Shown piece by piece: positions 20,424 through 29,204 of a DNA stretch of 45,060 nucleotides. The position numbers and the translations under genes are program-made. Source of the DNA: Promethearchaeota archaeon (GTDB taxonomy: Archaea > Asgardarchaeota > Lokiarchaeia > Sigyniarchaeales > SOKP01). A model generated the notes under the pieces. The model was given only the letters and a program-made list of their open reading frames with translations, did no database searches and had not been told where the DNA came from. Each line of letters begins with the position of its first letter. Within the stretch, counting starts at the first letter, position 1. The stretch covers positions 2,891-47,950 of the forward strand of contig JBHLNS010000025.1 of assembly GCA_048941285.1 (NCBI GenBank), given 5' to 3'.

Positions 20424-21581
20424 TTAGGTGACAATTTCTTTGGTGGCTTTAGCTGAGCCTTCCTTAAAATAGTCTACAACTTTTTTGATACAAATATATG
20501 AAGTATTTAACTTGGTTATATCACACCAAGGTGCACTGTTAAAGAGAACGATATGCTTAGCCCCAATTTTCGCATATTTTTCCATTTTTCCAATAACTTC
20601 ATCAGGCGTACCAACTAAAAAAGTGTCTTCAACCATTTGTACGGGAATTTCTTGAAAGGCTTTCAATAATGTTTGTTTATCATAACATGTTGGATAATAA
20701 TTTAAAGCACCATAAAAACCATCACCAAAAGGATGTGAAATACCATATTCTTTAAAGTAATCATCTGAATAGCCTAATAGTTGATTTTTTGCTAGAGGAC
20801 TCTCAGCCATTTTATCACATTCTTCGCGTTTTTCATCAATAATTGAACAAAATTCAACAGCAGGAGTAATCTCATCTAAATTCCGGCCTTCATTTTTTGC
20901 TGATAATTGGACTTTCTCAAGACCTTCCTTATATTTTTCAAGTGGTATATTAAAAGGGAGCCAACCATCCCCTAATTTACCCGTTAACTCAAGCATTTTA
21001 GACCTAAAGGCACCAATCCATATAGGAGGTGCTTTCTTTTTCTTATATGGTTTTAAAGATAAAACTGCATCCTTTAATTTCCAAAATTTTCCGTCAAAAT
21101 CTACCTTTTTATCTTCTTTCCATAAAAGTTTGATAATTTTAATCGCTTCCTCTAAACGACTCACAGGTTTTTCCCATTTAATCCCATAGGGTATAATATT
21201 CTCTCCCTCACCTGCACCTATTCCAAGAATTATTCTACCTTTTGATATATGATCTAAAGTTAAAATGATATGCGCTAGTACGGATGGTGGATGTCGAAAA
21301 GTCTCTGTAACTGATGTTCCCAAAAAAACTTTTTTAGTACTATTGGCTGCAATCGCCATTGTAGGAAACACGTTATAGAGATCGTGTGGCCTTTTCAGAA
21401 AAGTTGACAGATTTACTAGTTCAGGAGTCCAAATAGCATCGGGAAACCAACTCATTATATGATCCGGAAACCAGAGAGAGTCAAAACCATCTTTTTCAAA
21501 AGTTTTCGTCAATCTAATATTATTCTCAAAAGGAGGGAAATACGAATTTTCAATTCCTATTTTCAAATCACTAATATCCAT
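20424..21581 (-). CDS. LLM-class (luciferase-like) flavin/F420-dependent oxidoreductase
   Basis: GFDSLWFPDH, LGTSVT, TLDHISKGRIILGIGAGE, PPIWIGA and GDGWLP motifs. Confidence 0.9.
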   Translation of the reverse strand: MDISDLKIGIENSYFPPFENNIRLTKTFEKDGFDSLWFPDHIMSWFPDAIWTPELVNLSTFLKRPHDLYNVFPTMAIAANSTKKVFLGTSVTETFRHPPSVLAHIILTLDHISKGRIILGIGAGEGENIIPYGIKWEKPVSRLEEAIKIIKLLWKEDKKVDFDGKFWKLKDAVLSLKPYKKKKAPPIWIGAFRSKMLELTGKLGDGWLPFNIPLEKYKEGLEKVQLSAKNEGRNLDEITPAVEFCSIIDEKREECDKMAESPLAKNQLLGYSDDYFKEYGISHPFGDGFYGALNYYPTCYDKQTLLKAFQEIPVQMVEDTFLVGTPDEVIGKMEKYAKIGAKHIVLFNSAPWCDITKLNTSYICIKKVVDYFKEGSAKATKEIVT

Positions 21582-21722
21582 TTTTAACTACCATTGAATT
21601 TCTTTGATAACATTAAATGAGAGTATAGATTTAAATTTATACTATTCTGTAAACATACAACCCCAATTTTAGAATTTCTTAAAGAAAAAGATAAAAAAAT
21701 TAAATTTCTTTACATAATAATT

Positions 21723-22655
21723 TTATGCTTTAATCACTTCTACAAGCTTGGGAAAAATACGAGGGTAGTGAACCGCCATACAATGTACACCAGCTAGCAA
21801 CCCTTTTTTCTTGAGTTCTGAAATGAAAGGTTTGAAAAACTCATAATTTGCTTGATCATACATTCTATTCTGTTCTTTTTTATCATCCTTGAACTCTGTT
21901 TTGATATTTTTCCATTTAGCCAAAATATCTTTTGGTACATCTACACCAGGAACAAACATATCAAAACCTTTAGCAATACCATAACTTTTCATTGGAAAAA
22001 TTCCTAGTAAAACAGGAACTTTATATCTCCTAACTTCACTTAGAAATTCAATTGTTTTGTCTAAATCGTAAACAACTTGAGTTTGCAAAAATTCAGCTCC
22101 TGCTTCGGCTTTTCTTCCAACTTTAAGGATTTCTGCTTCCATTGGATCAGCATTCGGATTTGCAGCAGCTCCCACATGGAAGGTAGGAGGATGCTCAATC
22201 TCATGACCATTTATCGATTTTTTATCAACCATTTCCCGAATAAGTTTAACTAAAGTAGCAGAGTCAAGATCAAAAACAGGTTTGGATTCCTTCATATCAC
22301 CTAAAAAAGGATGATCTCCTGTAAGAGAGAGAATATTTCTCAACCCTAAGGCATGACCTCCCATTATCATTCCAGCAATACCTAATTTATTCACATCTCG
22401 AACCGTTAATTGCCAAATACACTCTAAACCAGACGCATCTTGAATAATATGAGAGGCAGCCATACTATTAATTGTTACTATACCCAGAGGACTGTCTGTT
22501 ACATTGGCAGCTACGACGTATGGGGCCATTTCTTTAGCTTCCTGAATTGTATGTGAGAGGTCACATGTTTTCTCGGGTTCAAGTTCTCCTGTTAATATGA
22601 ATTCACCATTTACAATCTTTTCACCTAATTTTGAAAATACTTTTTTTTCTGCCAT
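21723..22655 (-). CDS. metF: methylenetetrahydrofolate reductase catalytic subunit (copy 1)
   Basis: TGELEP, ANVTD, QLTVRD, LSLTGDHP, VFDLDS, AGAEFLQTQ, PGVDVP and GVHCM motifs. Confidence 0.9.
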   Translation of the reverse strand: MAEKKVFSKLGEKIVNGEFILTGELEPEKTCDLSHTIQEAKEMAPYVVAANVTDSPLGIVTINSMAASHIIQDASGLECIWQLTVRDVNKLGIAGMIMGGHALGLRNILSLTGDHPFLGDMKESKPVFDLDSATLVKLIREMVDKKSINGHEIEHPPTFHVGAAANPNADPMEAEILKVGRKAEAGAEFLQTQVVYDLDKTIEFLSEVRRYKVPVLLGIFPMKSYGIAKGFDMFVPGVDVPKDILAKWKNIKTEFKDDKKEQNRMYDQANYEFFKPFISELKKKGLLAGVHCMAVHYPRIFPKLVEVIKA

Positions 22656-22662
22656 TAAATTT

Positions 22663-23328
22663 CTACCTCCATACTACTTCTCTTTGGTGTCCGGATTCAC
22701 TCCAATCCACTGGATCTCGTAATTTTTTATACAAATCTAATCTTCCTAATTCTTTCAAACGGTTAAAAATTAATACCCACCCACAATCTTTTTCATAATT
22801 ACCGACTTCACATTTACCTCTAACCATACCGCCACAGGGACCATTCATAAGTGATTTTGCGCATGTTGTTATGGGGCAAATACCCCCAGTTTCGTTTAAT
22901 AAGCAATCTCCACATCCTCTACATCGCATGTAGAAACGACCGATCCTTTCCGTCATTCCCATAAATTCTGTATTATTAGCAATAAATACAGGAATATGTG
23001 AATATTTACGCTCAAGAACTTTTGTAATACTTGCAACTCCAAGCCCACAACTTAAGGATAAAATCGCATCGATACCTCTTAAATCTTCATCAATCTTTCT
23101 GAAGTCTTTCATCATTACTCTATTATCACAGACTTCTTCAGGAACTAAAACTAATTTAACTTCAAAACCTTCATTCTCTAATTTGGCTGCCATTTCCTTA
23201 GCGCCTTCTTCTCCACCAGTTTGGCACATGGCTGCACAAGAACCGCATGAAACAATACCGATTCTTTTGGTATCCTTTATTGCTGCCAGAACTTCCTCAA
23301 ATGGCTTTTTTGTTGTAATAATTGTCAT
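22663..23328 (-). CDS. metV: MetV-type Fe-S/Zn subunit of methylenetetrahydrofolate reductase (copy 1)
   Basis: CGSCAAMC, SCGLGV and CRGCGDC..TGGICP..C.K.L.NGPCGG...C...C.W motifs. Lies 7 bp upstream of metF. Confidence 0.88.
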   Translation of the reverse strand: MTIITTKKPFEEVLAAIKDTKRIGIVSCGSCAAMCQTGGEEGAKEMAAKLENEGFEVKLVLVPEEVCDNRVMMKDFRKIDEDLRGIDAILSLSCGLGVASITKVLERKYSHIPVFIANNTEFMGMTERIGRFYMRCRGCGDCLLNETGGICPITTCAKSLMNGPCGGMVRGKCEVGNYEKDCGWVLIFNRLKELGRLDLYKKLRDPVDWSESGHQREVVWR

Positions 23329-23850
23329 TTATTAATTCACTCACTTATTTTAAAACATAAGTTATATTATTAATTATTGAAATTAATCAAGGTATTTATT
23401 ATTTTCAATTATGGAATGTAAGGTTTTCGAAAAGGAAAATAATATAAAACCAACAAATAATTTTCCCAAAAAAGTTAAAATCAATCTTATCATTTTCTCC
23501 AATATTGTTTATTCGTCTATAACGAAAATAAAATAAGAAATTTATCAAGGTAGAGAATTATAATTTTAGTAAAATTTGGAATCCTTCTCCTATAATTAAC
23601 ATTAAACTTATTTCTACCAAAAAAGAAACAAATGTATAAATGCCTATAGCAATGAGACATATCTAGCCGATAAGGAGTTAAAATTTTCAGGAACATTGAT
23701 AAAAATTCATATCGTTAATAATTTTAATAAGGCTCAAAAAGATTCGATAATCCTTTTTTTTCAATATATCGAAATAATTTATAAGAAATTGGATTTAAAA
23801 GAAAAATTTAAGATAGATGCAACTCATTTCAAAAAAGAAGGGGTTATAGA

Positions 23851-24159
23851 ATGACAAAAATAAAAGTAACCATCGTGAAGAAATTTAATCCAAAGGATGT
23901 TTTTGGTCATGAAATCATAAATTCGCGAGGAGAGATTATACCTGCTTGCTATGTTTTTGAAGAAAGGGAAGAATTCATTATAGAAAATTTAGAGAAACCC
24001 GAAAAATTCTGTGGATGCGGATGGAAAACAGTACTGAAAGATATAGAACTATTAGATTCTAGTGAAAATGTTTCCTGGTGTCCACCAGGTATAATTTATT
24101 CTAGCTGTACAGATGGAGCTAGACCTGTTTGTTTTAAATTAGAAAGAATAAATGAATAG
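23851..24159 (+). CDS. TIGR04076-family small Cys-containing protein
   Basis: KVTIVK, C.VF, P..FC..GW and SCTDGARPVCFKLERI pattern. Confidence 0.75.
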   Translation: MTKIKVTIVKKFNPKDVFGHEIINSRGEIIPACYVFEEREEFIIENLEKPEKFCGCGWKTVLKDIELLDSSENVSWCPPGIIYSSCTDGARPVCFKLERINE

Positions 24160-24279
24160 GCAATCCAAATTATTGCATATTTTGTAAGATTTAAATTACT
24201 ATTTAAATTACTATAGAATTGATGTAATTTAATAGATTACATCTTTGAAATCTAATAAAATAGAGGAAATCTTAAAGAA

Positions 24280-24591
24280 ATGAGATTTATTACATATTTT
24301 GAGCTTAATCAAGCATTTGATCCGTCTGAATTGGCAGAAATCGGAATAGACCTCATGAAAAGAAAGCTGTATCCTGCTGAAGGCGTTGAAACTCTAGCAT
24401 GGTACATGACTCCTGGATTGTGGGGTATTTCAGTTTCAGAAGCGGAGAGCGTTGAAGCGCTAATGAACAATGTAAATGCATGGAGGATTGCTAAACCTGG
24501 GATATTTAAATTCTATAAAATCGAGCCAGCAATGGATACGAAAGAATTAATTCCGATTGGCGTTCAATTGGCTAAAAAAGTTAAGGGCTAA
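24280..24591 (+). CDS. DUF3303/GYD-like ferredoxin-fold protein
   Basis: YPAEGVETLAWYMTPGLWG..VSEAESVEAL....W...PG pattern; GAGG SD. Confidence 0.6.
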   Translation: MRFITYFELNQAFDPSELAEIGIDLMKRKLYPAEGVETLAWYMTPGLWGISVSEAESVEALMNNVNAWRIAKPGIFKFYKIEPAMDTKELIPIGVQLAKKVKG

Positions 24592-24749
24592 AGCAAAATC
24601 AAAATAATCTAAAATTTTTTTTTTTTATTTAAAGTTTTAGATGATCAATATTAATTTCAGTGTAAATTTTGGGAAAAAGTCATAATCCTCATAGAAATTA
24701 GAGCCTAAAAAAGAAGTCCTTACAAACCAAAAATTAACTAAAAATAAAA

Positions 24750-25019
24750 TTATAGAGGAAAAACTTGCTCGGCCTCTTTCTCGTCAAATTCTAACTCACG
24801 TAAACGCATTCGAATCTCACGAGGATTAAATGAAACTTTTAAAACTTCTACAATATTATCATGAAGAACTTTTAAATTATCCACCGCAGCTTGATGGTAG
24901 AAGTCCTTCTCACGAAAATTAAGATTAATAATATCGTTTAACCCTGCTAAAGCTTCTCGAATATTTCTATAACGGCTCATAACATCATCCAATTTTTCAT
25001 CCACATTAATTTGACCCAT
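24750..25019 (-). CDS. hypothetical alpha-helical protein
   Basis: 89-aa ORF with a GAGGG SD and its own TATA box (25071-25080). Confidence 0.8.
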   Translation of the reverse strand: MGQINVDEKLDDVMSRYRNIREALAGLNDIINLNFREKDFYHQAAVDNLKVLHDNIVEVLKVSFNPREIRMRLRELEFDEKEAEQVFPL

Positions 25020-25070
25020 TTTGTTCCCTCGTTTATTTTTTTGTTTTACAATTAATGATAATAAAAAACA

Positions 25071-25080
25071 CTATATAAAC
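25071..25080 (-). promoter_or_regulatory. TATA box of the 89-aa gene
   Basis: GTTTATATAG on the minus strand about 50 bp upstream of the ATG. Confidence 0.55.
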
Positions 25081-25516
25081 ATGTCGCTTTTCGATCATAA
25101 TGTAGCGGTAGAACGATCAACAATTTACATAATTGCGCCAAAATTAATGAATCTTATCACTAATTTTTCCAAGATCAAAAATTTGTAATCCATAATAATA
25201 TTGATTTTTTGTGACGAAAATCGGCAGTTGTGATTGATTTCGTTAATGAATCAAATTGGGATGTCGATTGTTGATCATTTTTTTGTCGACAGATGACCGA
25301 AGGGTGACTTTACCCACCATAATTTGCCATTTTCGGTCGAATACCTTCCGAATTTGTTTCCTCAATTCCTAATCAATTGTATGAAAAATTAAGTTTCGTC
25401 CATTAAGATCCCATGAAAATGAGTGTTCATTTTTTCGTCATTTTGTAGAAATTAAAAATACTAGAACATGTATTTTGACAGAATTCGCGAATTTTAATCT
25501 CTTTTTTGACCGAAAA
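25081..25516. repeat. array of degenerate ~17-bp repeats (consensus approx. TGAYCRAMAWKYGACAT) on both strands
   Basis: Copies at 25081-25097(-), 25114-25130(+), 25212-25227(+), 25261-25277(-), 25294-25310(+), 25323-25339(-), 25432-25440(-) and 25507-25516(+). Confidence 0.6.
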
Positions 25517-25526
25517 CATTTAAATA
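25511..25526 (+). promoter_or_regulatory. BRE-TATA promoter of the 116-aa gene
   Basis: CGAAAA-CA-TTTAAATA, a canonical archaeal BRE plus TATA. Confidence 0.6.
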
Positions 25527-25609
25527 TAAGTGTGATAATATAGTAATTAGTCAAAAAACATTAATAAATAAAATTTAAAAATCAAATAAATTGGATGTGA
25601 GAAAGGAAA

Positions 25610-25960
25610 ATGTCAAAATTGGATCAAGTATCAAAATTAGAGGAGAAGGTCGCGCAGCTCACAGAAGTCCAACGAACCAAGATTTATGAGTATGCGAGAC
25701 GTGTAAGTCGTGAGACAATCGAGGAGGTCTGTCCAGCACTTTTACGTTTGGCATTGGAATCAGAGAAGGGAAAGCTCAAAAATCAGTTGGGGATGGTAAT
25801 TTTCCATTTACAGAAGAACGAGCGTATTAATACTGTGATTGGCCTTCAGAAGCTTCTAGAAGCTGCCTTAATAGTCAATCCTGAAGAGATGTTTAGGATT
25901 TTAGGGAGTGCGGACGAAGGGGCGCAAGAATTAGCAAAAAAGATTAAAAGTATATTATAA
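25610..25960 (+). CDS. hypothetical alpha-helical protein
   Basis: 116-aa ORF with an AAGGA SD, an upstream promoter and a T-rich tract after the stop. Confidence 0.8.
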   Translation: MSKLDQVSKLEEKVAQLTEVQRTKIYEYARRVSRETIEEVCPALLRLALESEKGKLKNQLGMVIFHLQKNERINTVIGLQKLLEAALIVNPEEMFRILGSADEGAQELAKKIKSIL

Positions 25961-26079
25961 AGAGTTTTTTTCAAATCTTCTTTAACTTTATCAATGGAAT
26001 CTTGAATAAACTCACAAATATTTTTAAGTAATTAGGATACAAATCACCCATCTTTTAAAAAAACAATTCCGATGAATTT

Positions 26080-26140
26080 TACTGGTAGATTTTTTTATCC
26101 ACCAGTATTAAGGTGAGGAGTGTTTAAATACTTCATGGTA
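26080..26140 (+). repeat. direct repeat copy A with 11-6-11 palindromic core
   Basis: TACTGGTAGAT-TTTTTT-ATCCACCAGTA-TTAAG...GGAG..TTTAAAT.CTTC; 46/61 ungapped identity (hand count) to 27683-27743. Confidence 0.7.
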
Positions 26141-26193
26141 ATTTATATATATATTTCCTATAAATTTAATTTATAGTGAGGTGAGATTACAAC

Positions 26194-27624
26194 ATGGGTG
26201 AAGAAAAAGTGTTACTTATTTTTCCCCCAAGCAAATGGGGCTATATTGATCGTTTCGCTCAACCTTTAGGCATTTTAATGCTGGCAACTATACTCAAACA
26301 AGAAGGAATTGATGTTACTGTTCTTGATCTATCCGCTGAGGGTTGGTTTCCTAAAAAATTGGTAAGATTTATCACTAATGGTTTTTTTACACATGTAGGG
26401 GTAACAATTCTAACACGCAATCGTAATATTTCCTTCTACATTTTACAAATGGTCAAAAGAATAAATCCAAATATTACAACTCTAGTAGGTGGCCCTCACG
26501 TAACACTTATAAAAGAAAAAGTTTTTTCAGAATGCTCAGTTATAGATATTGCGGTGGCAGGAGAAGCAGAACAAGAAATTGCTGAAATTATACGAAAACC
26601 AACTAAGAAATTTTATGATTTGAATTATATAGAGGATATCAATAGTTTACCAATACCAAATCGTAGTTTTATTAGGCATATTAAATACAATCAAATAACA
26701 AAAATTTGGATTGGTGATTCAGCAAGCATGAAGTGGACACGAGGTTGTCCATGGCGACAATGTCGTTTTTGCAGCAGGCCTGCTTTAGATATTTCTCATC
26801 GTCGACGGGATCCTGAAGATATTATTAAGGAAATTGATATTATTCAAAATGAGTTAAAATATAAGAATATTATGGTATTGGATGATAGTCTTCAAATTAA
26901 TTCAAAATATATCAAAAATATCCTACGTTTAAAGGTTAAGCAGGGTCTTGATATCCCTTTTTGGGTGTACACTCGAGCTGATCAAATAGACGAAGAAGGA
27001 ATTCGTTTGATGAGACGTGCTGGTGCTACAGGTTTTCAAATTGGCTTGGAATCTGTTGTACCACGAATGGTTGAAGTATATCGGAAAATAAGTGGAGATC
27101 CTCATCGATGGCGTCAAATTCTCGACCGAGTATTAGACCTGGCAGATAAGTATCAAATGGTCGTAATTGCGTCATTTATCATTGGTGGTCCTAACGAAAC
27201 AGCTAAAGAAATAAAAACCACAGTTGATTATTGTCGAAAAGCAAAAATAGATGTTGTAAAAATATCTCCATTTCATTTTACTTATGGATCAGAGATATGG
27301 CGAGAAGTAATTCAAAAAGGTCAACTTAAGCTAGGTCAATATGATGTATTTAATGATAAGAAATATGGAACTACAGAATTCAGTAGGGAGGAAATCTTTA
27401 ATTTTGTTTTAGAGGCTATACATTTAACTTTTTCTCCCATTTTAAATCCAAGACGTTATTTGCGGTTCGCTAGAAAATTAATTAAACAAAAGAGTCCTCT
27501 GTTATCAGGAAATCTTGTCAGGTTACCTTTTTTAATTGAAAATTTAAGCAACTTTCGGCACTCTCACCTTGATAAAAAAGGGATTATTAAAGTAGGAAGT
27601 ATGACTGTTTGTAAAACTTCATAA
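26194..27624 (+). CDS. B12-binding domain radical SAM protein (class B methyltransferase-like)
   Basis: QPLGILMLA, VGGPHVT and GEAE B12-binding motifs; TRGCPWRQCRFC cluster motif; GLES; FIIGGPNET. Confidence 0.9.
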   Translation: MGEEKVLLIFPPSKWGYIDRFAQPLGILMLATILKQEGIDVTVLDLSAEGWFPKKLVRFITNGFFTHVGVTILTRNRNISFYILQMVKRINPNITTLVGGPHVTLIKEKVFSECSVIDIAVAGEAEQEIAEIIRKPTKKFYDLNYIEDINSLPIPNRSFIRHIKYNQITKIWIGDSASMKWTRGCPWRQCRFCSRPALDISHRRRDPEDIIKEIDIIQNELKYKNIMVLDDSLQINSKYIKNILRLKVKQGLDIPFWVYTRADQIDEEGIRLMRRAGATGFQIGLESVVPRMVEVYRKISGDPHRWRQILDRVLDLADKYQMVVIASFIIGGPNETAKEIKTTVDYCRKAKIDVVKISPFHFTYGSEIWREVIQKGQLKLGQYDVFNDKKYGTTEFSREEIFNFVLEAIHLTFSPILNPRRYLRFARKLIKQKSPLLSGNLVRLPFLIENLSNFRHSHLDKKGIIKVGSMTVCKTS

Positions 27625-27682
27625 TTTAGATATTTGTTGCTGTAAATAAGATAGATGTATAAGGAAAAATTCAGATGAGTTG

Positions 27683-27743
27683 TATTGCTAGACTTTTTTA
27701 TTTACCGGTATTAAGTAATGGAGCCTTTAAATCCTTCTTTGTA
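27683..27743 (+). repeat. direct repeat copy B
   Basis: TATTGCTAGAC-TTTTTT-ATTTACCGGTA-TTAAG...GGAG..TTTAAAT.CTTC, 1603 bp after copy A. Confidence 0.7.
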
Positions 27744-27779
27744 TTATTAAATACTAGAGAAAAATTATCTTGAAAGGTT

Positions 27780-28004
27780 ATGAGTGAAACAGTCAAGGCT
27801 AAGGGTGGTGAGGGAAAAGAATCTGACGAAGATTATTTTAGTGATACTGAAATAGAAAGAATGGAACTGGAACAGGTGAAAAGGGCGAGATTTCAAAGGC
27901 GTAAGCTTATGAGGAACAACTTCTGGATTGGTTGCGTAAGCGCCTGTATCGTGCCTTTTGTTGTGATTATTATAGTTTTTTTGATATTAACCATTAGATT
28001 TTAA
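27780..28004 (+). CDS. small tail-anchored membrane protein
   Basis: 74 aa with an acidic N-terminus, a basic patch and a single C-terminal TM helix; AAGGT upstream. Confidence 0.7.
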   Translation: MSETVKAKGGEGKESDEDYFSDTEIERMELEQVKRARFQRRKLMRNNFWIGCVSACIVPFVVIIIVFLILTIRF

Positions 28005-28211
28005 GAGAACTTTATTATCTTGGTGAAAATTCTAAGGCTCCATAGTAAACTTGATTAGGAAAAAAATATTTGTTTTTCAAGAAGATTTGAACTAATGGAT
28101 TTGTTTAATTGAATTATTTTTTTACCTACACTTTTAAGGATTTAAAGTTTGAAAGTTTGAGAGATTAGAAATTTTTATCTTTCTTATTTTAAAATGAACA
28201 AGTATAGTAGT

Positions 28212-29204
28212 TTAAGGTATTGGTAGTTGTTTTTGTTCTTGTTTTGATATGAAATTTTTAAAAATTATCCTGTTGATAATCCAACTAAAAGCATCATGGA
28301 TTTTTTCATTGTCGGAGGGATCAGTAGGGATATATTTGATTGTTCTTATATCATATCCAAATCCATTTAGATATTCAGCAAGTTTCATAACTTCATAGCG
28401 ATAAAATCCTAATTTATTAATTAATATAAGACAGGGGAATTTTACAATATTTATCTTTCCAATTGCTAATCTCATTATTTTGTTTGAAATACGTCTCGCT
28501 TTTCTGAGCATATTTTTATTAGTAACATCAACAGCGAATATAAAACCATGTTTACTTTTTAACTGAGAGAAAAAGAAATTTATTGATTTTTTGGGATTAG
28601 TAAAGGAATATGTAGAAATCGTAATTTTATAATTAAGTAAATTTAATTGTATCAATTTACCTTTATTATATTGAGCATTAGATATATAATTTTTAAAAAG
28701 TTGTGCTAGTTGAGATTCACCTTCTTCAAAAAAATCAAACAATACTAAATTTATTTCTCTTTTTTCTGAAGAGATGGTATCTTTAGGAAGAGCAAAATAA
28801 ACTGAATTTAATAGTTCTTCAACTGTTTTACTAATCTCATTTTGATCTATGGAACTATTCTTATCACTATCAAATGCTTTATAAATATCTTTAACTTGTT
28901 TTAATTCACAAGCAAATTGTTCTAAAGTTTCTTGAAAAATACTAGGATCTGTATTCTCATCATCCATAATAATAATTGAAATCATAAGATTTACTTCTCT
29001 TCCTCTAGCAATAGGGCTTGGAACAGTAAATATCAAATTTGATGTTTTTATATTTTCAAATTCATAAATAAAAAATCCTTCTTGGTAGAAATCCAAAAAA
29101 CGAGGAATTTCGTCCAAAACTTCTTGAGAGAGTAATTCAGGTACGTTAAAAAATACCTTAGGGCCAATAATAGAATCAAAATGACTTAATACCATCACAA
29201 ACAT
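28212..29204 (-). CDS. uDENN/longin-like domain fused to a degenerate small-GTPase (Arf/Rab-like) domain
   Basis: The N-terminus LSHFDSIIGPKV...F.VPSPIARG...ISII is typical of NPRL2/folliculin-type uDENN longins. The C-terminus has GFIFAVDVTN, LILINKLG and AFSWII, but the P-loop is lost. Confidence 0.7.
   Translation of the reverse strand: MFVMVLSHFDSIIGPKVFFNVPELLSQEVLDEIPRFLDFYQEGFFIYEFENIKTSNLIFTVPSPIARGREVNLMISIIIMDDENTDPSIFQETLEQFACELKQVKDIYKAFDSDKNSSIDQNEISKTVEELLNSVYFALPKDTISSEKREINLVLFDFFEEGESQLAQLFKNYISNAQYNKGKLIQLNLLNYKITISTYSFTNPKKSINFFFSQLKSKHGFIFAVDVTNKNMLRKARRISNKIMRLAIGKINIVKFPCLILINKLGFYRYEVMKLAEYLNGFGYDIRTIKYIPTDPSDNEKIHDAFSWIINRIIFKNFISKQEQKQLPIP

Noticed and set aside
23400-23700. 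Short hydrophobic minus-strand reading stretch, possible membrane-gene remnant
   Set aside because: No recognisable family and no continuous frame.
25081-25296. Mini-ORFs MSLFDH... (35 aa) and MSIVDH... (11 aa)
   Set aside because: Their similar starts are a by-product of the DNA repeat, and they have no SD site.
25081-25516. Repeat array as CRISPR or as an ORB-containing replication origin
   Set aside because: The copies are short, degenerate, in both orientations and irregularly spaced. There is no cas or cdc6/orc1 gene nearby and no G-string ORB consensus.
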